Assembly (NCBI GenBank): GCA_963841435.1
Contig: CAWJCS010000003.1
Coordinates: 1,376,001-1,440,000 of the forward strand
DNA: 64,000 nt
Origin: an uncultured delta proteobacterium
GTDB taxonomy: Bacteria > Myxococcota_A > Polyangia > Polyangiales > Polyangiaceae
Direction: 5' to 3'
The position numbers were made by a program, and so were the translations under genes. Shown here in pieces: positions 60,323-64,000 of the stretch. How positions within the stretch are numbered: position 1 is the first letter of the stretch; every line of letters starts with the position of its first letter. The notes below the pieces were generated by a model. It saw only the letters and a list, made by a program, of their open reading frames with translations. It searched no databases and was not told where the DNA came from.

Positions 60323-61612
60323 CTACTTCATCCCAGCGGGCGCCGCGCTCTTGCTCGCGAACTTTTCCGGCTCTTTTTCGAACCGCTCGCGGCACGATTC
60401 CGAGCAAAAATAGAAGTGCTTGCCCGCGTGCTCGGCCTTTGGCGTATCCGTAGCGACACGCACGCTCATGCCGCAAACCGGATCGGTCGCGATGCTCGGC
60501 AGCTCGCTCGCCGGGGGAGCGGCGCTCGCCGGGGCGGACGCCGCGGCACCGGCTGGCACGGATGCCGTGCTCCGCCCGGTTGCGGCGGCGGCCTTTGCCT
60601 CGGGCGCCTTCGCGACCGGCTCGGGCGCTCGTTGCGACAGCACGTAGGCGACGAGCCGTTCGAGCTCGTCCTTGGACAGCTCCTCGGAGAACGATGGCAT
60701 GAGATTCAAGTAGCCGCGCACGAGCTTGACGCCGGGGGCTGTGATCGATTCGCGGACGTACGCGGCGTCCGCGGTCGCGCTGCCACCGCCTTCGAAGGAA
60801 ACGGCGCGACCCGCGAGCCCGGCGACGGCGGGCGCGACCTTGGGGTCGTCGTGACAGGCGGCACAGCGGAGCGAGGCGTAGAGCGCCTCGCCGGTGGCGT
60901 CACCGGGGCGCCGAGGGGTGCCGGCACCGCCGAGCAGCGAGCTCGCGTCGTCGGCGAGCCGGTCGAGGGCCCGAGCGTCGCTGCTGTCGTAAACGCCACG
61001 CACGCTGCCGCGTCCGTCGACGAGAAAAAACATGCTGCTGTGGACGATGGGGTTTTGGGGGTCGTCGCTCGTCTCGCGGGCGACGCGCATACCCTGCGTG
61101 ATCTCGGCAAGCCCCTTTTCATCGGTCCTAAGGAGGAGCCAGCGGGTCTCGGCCGGGTTCCATTTTTCTTGGTAGCTTGCGAGGGCCTGCTCGGTGTCGT
61201 GCTCGGGGTCGACCGAGAAGGACACGAAGCGCAGCGCCGGCTGAGTGAGGCGTCGCTGCACGGCGACCATCCGCGCCGTGATGAGGGGGCAAGCGCTCGT
61301 GCACGTCGTGTAGATGAAGTCGGCGACGAAAGGACGGCCCGCGAGATCGCCGAGCTTCGTGACCTTGCCGTGCTGGTCGTTGAAGGCAAAGCTCGGCGCT
61401 TGCCAGAGCTCGGGCAGACCCGCGTCGGTCGTGAGCTTTCTGTACGCGAACGTCTCGGCGGCCGGCCCGGCCGCCGAGACTCGGACGCTGTGGTAGGCGA
61501 GCACGCCGAGCACGAGCGTGCCCGCGGCGAGAACGACGAGGAGCGCGATGAGGGGGCGCGTCACTGGGTTCGGTCCCGCCGGGGGACGCTCGGCTCGCGG
61601 CGGGGGGCGCAT
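60323..61612 (-). CDS. SCO1/SenC - cytochrome c - YHS fusion
   Basis: CTSACP plus His (IVHS), CAACH..LMP, DPVCGM..FYFCSESC. Confidence 0.85.
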   Translation of the reverse strand: MRPPPRAERPPAGPNPVTRPLIALLVVLAAGTLVLGVLAYHSVRVSAAGPAAETFAYRKLTTDAGLPELWQAPSFAFNDQHGKVTKLGDLAGRPFVADFIYTTCTSACPLITARMVAVQRRLTQPALRFVSFSVDPEHDTEQALASYQEKWNPAETRWLLLRTDEKGLAEITQGMRVARETSDDPQNPIVHSSMFFLVDGRGSVRGVYDSSDARALDRLADDASSLLGGAGTPRRPGDATGEALYASLRCAACHDDPKVAPAVAGLAGRAVSFEGGGSATADAAYVRESITAPGVKLVRGYLNLMPSFSEELSKDELERLVAYVLSQRAPEPVAKAPEAKAAAATGRSTASVPAGAAASAPASAAPPASELPSIATDPVCGMSVRVATDTPKAEHAGKHFYFCSESCRERFEKEPEKFASKSAAPAGMK

Positions 61613-61784
61613 GGCGGCGCACCTTACCGCTCGAAGCCGGGCCGGCAAATCCGGGCGTACCATTGGCACGACGCGATCATCCCGGCATCCCCATAGGCAA
61701 GCTGGCGCGCGACCGCGCGCCAAGCGATTCGCGGACTTCGCTGCTTGTTGCCACTCGGCAGGCGCTTGGCGGTACCTGAACGGT

Positions 61785-62777
61785 ATGAGCACCCAAGCGG
61801 ACGGCGGCCCGGGGCAGAGCTCGGCCCCGATCCCCGAGGATTCTGACGCGATCGACGCGGGCTGGGATGACGCAGCGGTGACGGAAGCCCCGGCGAGCTC
61901 GGGCATGGCCGCTGCACGCGACGAAACGGAAGCCGCCGCGGTGCAGCTCGCCCAACCCGAAAGGGCCGAGCCGGTCGGCTCGATGACCGCCGTTCCGAGC
62001 AAAACGTCCACCCTGGCTGCGAAGGGAACGAAAAGCGATACGAGGACCACCGCCGCGAACGGACGAGCGCGCGTCAGTGACGACGACGGCACGCTGCGGC
62101 CGAGCGCAGTTCAGACGCCCGAGGGCGATCGCGAGGCGCGGGGCCTCGCGCGGTTCGTGACGACGCTCGCGATCGCGGCCGTCCTCGCGCTCGTGGGTCT
62201 GGTCGCGCTGCGACAAGGCGGGCGGAGCGCGCCCGAGGCCGAACGCGGCGCCGTCACGCACACGGAAGAGACTCCGCCGAAGGTAGCCGCCCAGGCCCCG
62301 ACTCCGACCGAGCCGAGCCCGCCCGCCATGGCGACCGACCCGACTCCTGCCGCGGCTCCCGCCAGCCCCGCCGAAGCGACTCCACCCGCGGCGCCTCCCG
62401 CAAGCTCGGTCGAGGCGGCGGCCCCGAGCGAGCCGGAGGCGAAGCCCGCCCCGACGAGCCCCGCGGCCGCGAGCGCCACCGAGGTGACCGTGAGGTCCGT
62501 CCCTGCGGGAGCCATCTTCTTCCAGAGCGGAAGGAAGCTCGGCGTGGGGACGGTGACCGTTAGCGTCGAGCCACGCTCGAAGCGGCATCTCACGGCGCTG
62601 CTCAACGGCTACGCGCCCATGAACTTCGCGGTCAACGGCTCACGGAGCGAGGTCACGGTGCTGCTCAAGCCGGTGCCCCGACCGAGCCCCGCCGAGCAGG
62701 ACGTCGCCGACGGCGCGCAGACCGACGTACACGCCGGCGCTGCCGACGAGAGCCCCGCGAGCAATCAGGGGCAGTAG
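61785..62777 (+). CDS. Bitopic membrane protein with Pro/Ala-rich linker and PEGA-like domain
   Basis: One TM helix; VTVRSVPAGA..LGVG..LNGY. Confidence 0.6.
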   Translation: MSTQADGGPGQSSAPIPEDSDAIDAGWDDAAVTEAPASSGMAAARDETEAAAVQLAQPERAEPVGSMTAVPSKTSTLAAKGTKSDTRTTAANGRARVSDDDGTLRPSAVQTPEGDREARGLARFVTTLAIAAVLALVGLVALRQGGRSAPEAERGAVTHTEETPPKVAAQAPTPTEPSPPAMATDPTPAAAPASPAEATPPAAPPASSVEAAAPSEPEAKPAPTSPAAASATEVTVRSVPAGAIFFQSGRKLGVGTVTVSVEPRSKRHLTALLNGYAPMNFAVNGSRSEVTVLLKPVPRPSPAEQDVADGAQTDVHAGAADESPASNQGQ

Positions 62778-63145
62778 TAGACGACGCGGTAGCAGCACTC
62801 GCTGTCCTTGTCGCTCGTGAGCACGTACTCGTCGAGCGAATCGTAACCGTTCAGGGTCTCGATGGCGTCGAGCTGCTGACCGCTCGGGCAGCCGCTCGCC
62901 GGGTCCCAGCTTGCGGCGAGCTGGAGCAGGGACGACGAGGCGCCGGAAGAGGTCGCCTGCCCGCCTTCGCCACCCTGACCACCTGCGGACGAACCGAGCG
63001 CGGTGTCGCGCTGCGTCCGGAGCTGGACGAGGGTGTAACAGTCGGCACCGTCCGGCGGGCACGAGCTACCGCAGGCGGACGGCAACCACGCCGTAGCCAA
63101 GCAGACGAGAAGTCCCAGACTCGGAGCAAGCCAGCGCACGGGCAC
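62765..63145 (-). CDS. Small Cys-containing lipoprotein
   Basis: LPSAC lipobox; ECCYRVVYYCP C-terminus. Confidence 0.55.
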   Translation of the reverse strand: MPVRWLAPSLGLLVCLATAWLPSACGSSCPPDGADCYTLVQLRTQRDTALGSSAGGQGGEGGQATSSGASSSLLQLAASWDPASGCPSGQQLDAIETLNGYDSLDEYVLTSDKDSECCYRVVYYCP

Positions 63146-63206
63146 CCTTTTACGCCCGAGCCGCCGGGAACACGAAGAAATCGGGACCCCATCGGCGGCG
63201 GCAGCC

Positions 63207-64000
63207 TCAGGGGCTTTCCTGGACGATGAGCGTGTGACCGTCGCGGTCGCGCACGAGCGCACGATGCTCGGCCGGCGGCACCGGGACGGTGGTCCCTCCG
63301 TTGCTCTTTGCCGCGCGCTCGACCTCGGCGACGCTCGCGGCGGAAAGCACGAGCCGCGTCGAAAAGAGGTCGTTCGGTCGCACGTCGGCAGGCGCCGTCC
63401 GGCCGCCGCGCGGCGCCAGGTACTCGAGCAGCTCGATGCCCATCCCCGACGGCGCGCGCAGCGCCGGTGATCCTCAGGTGGGCGCCGAACACGCCGTTCA
63501 GGTGCTCCTGCTCGGGCCCGAAGTTGTCCGCCTCACCCGCAACGCGCAGGCCGAGGGCGTCACGGTAAAAGCCGAGGCTCGCATCCGTGTCGGAGACGGT
63601 GATGGCGGTGTGGTCGATGCCCTGGAAAAGACAGAGTTCGTGCGGGGAGCGTCGGCACGAGGCGGCGCGTTGCCAGCGTGGGTCGCCCTTGCCCCGCGGG
63701 AAGTGAATGAGCTCGAGTGGGTGGCCGTCGGGGTCGGCGAAGTAGAAGGCTTCGATGCCGCCCGCCGCGCGGTTCCACGCGGGAAGCTTCTGCGGTGTCG
63801 AGGAGATCTGCGAGACGTGGTGTGCGCGAAGCCAGGCGTAGGAGCGCCCCATGTCGCTTACGACAATCGCGAGGTGCTGGAACCAGAGAATCGTTGCCTT
63901 GGGTGTCGGCTGGCACGGGCCGGCCGCCGCGAGGGGCCGAGAACTCGAGCAGTAGGATGCGTTCGCTGCCGAGCGTGAGCTCCTGGCTTCGCACCCGCGC
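63207..64000 (-). CDS. Two-domain VOC/glyoxalase protein, 5' end outside the window, two +1 frameshifts
   Basis: WFQHLAIVVSDM, YFADPDGHPLEL, GIDHTAITVSD, GIELLEY, VRDRDGH spread over three frames. Confidence 0.8.

Overview
GC-rich bacterial DNA. Gly/Ser/Ala-rich and Cys-rich lipoproteins, many hybrid kinases and the integrase type suggest a myxobacterium (Polyangiales-like); this is inference. Layout: (1) 1-10.4 kb core-like genes: an NTP-transferase-like conserved protein, phoU, methyl/glycosyltransferases, a VIT-vWA protein with a C-terminal sorting signal next to an exosortase, and a sirtuin. (2) 10.4-20.5 kb two-component/c-di-GMP signalling block ending at tRNA-Arg(UCG), whose 3' end is duplicated nearby. 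(3) TetR-fabF and secreted proteins. (4) A ~23.7 kb genomic island in tRNA-Lys(CUU), bounded by a 47-bp direct repeat (26034-26080 / 49681-49727). Its integrase is split by an IS21 element carrying two overlapping accessory ORFs. The island also holds a partial IS630, two IS66 and an IS3, plus defence/conflict cargo: DUF3800 proteins, a PD-(D/E)XK nuclease, a Lit-like peptidase, an orphan toxin-tip/immunity cassette, a PIN toxin pair, and an intact TIGR04255-like + HicB-like + HicA-like operon with its own palindrome-containing promoter. That operon is the best candidate for an undescribed system. (5) 49.8-64 kb: GH2, DUF4242, GST, Uup, a SoxR-like MerR module, an SCO-cytochrome c-YHS fusion and a VOC protein. 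Several +1 frameshifts look like consensus sequencing errors. All family assignments come from motif recognition by eye, not from database searches.
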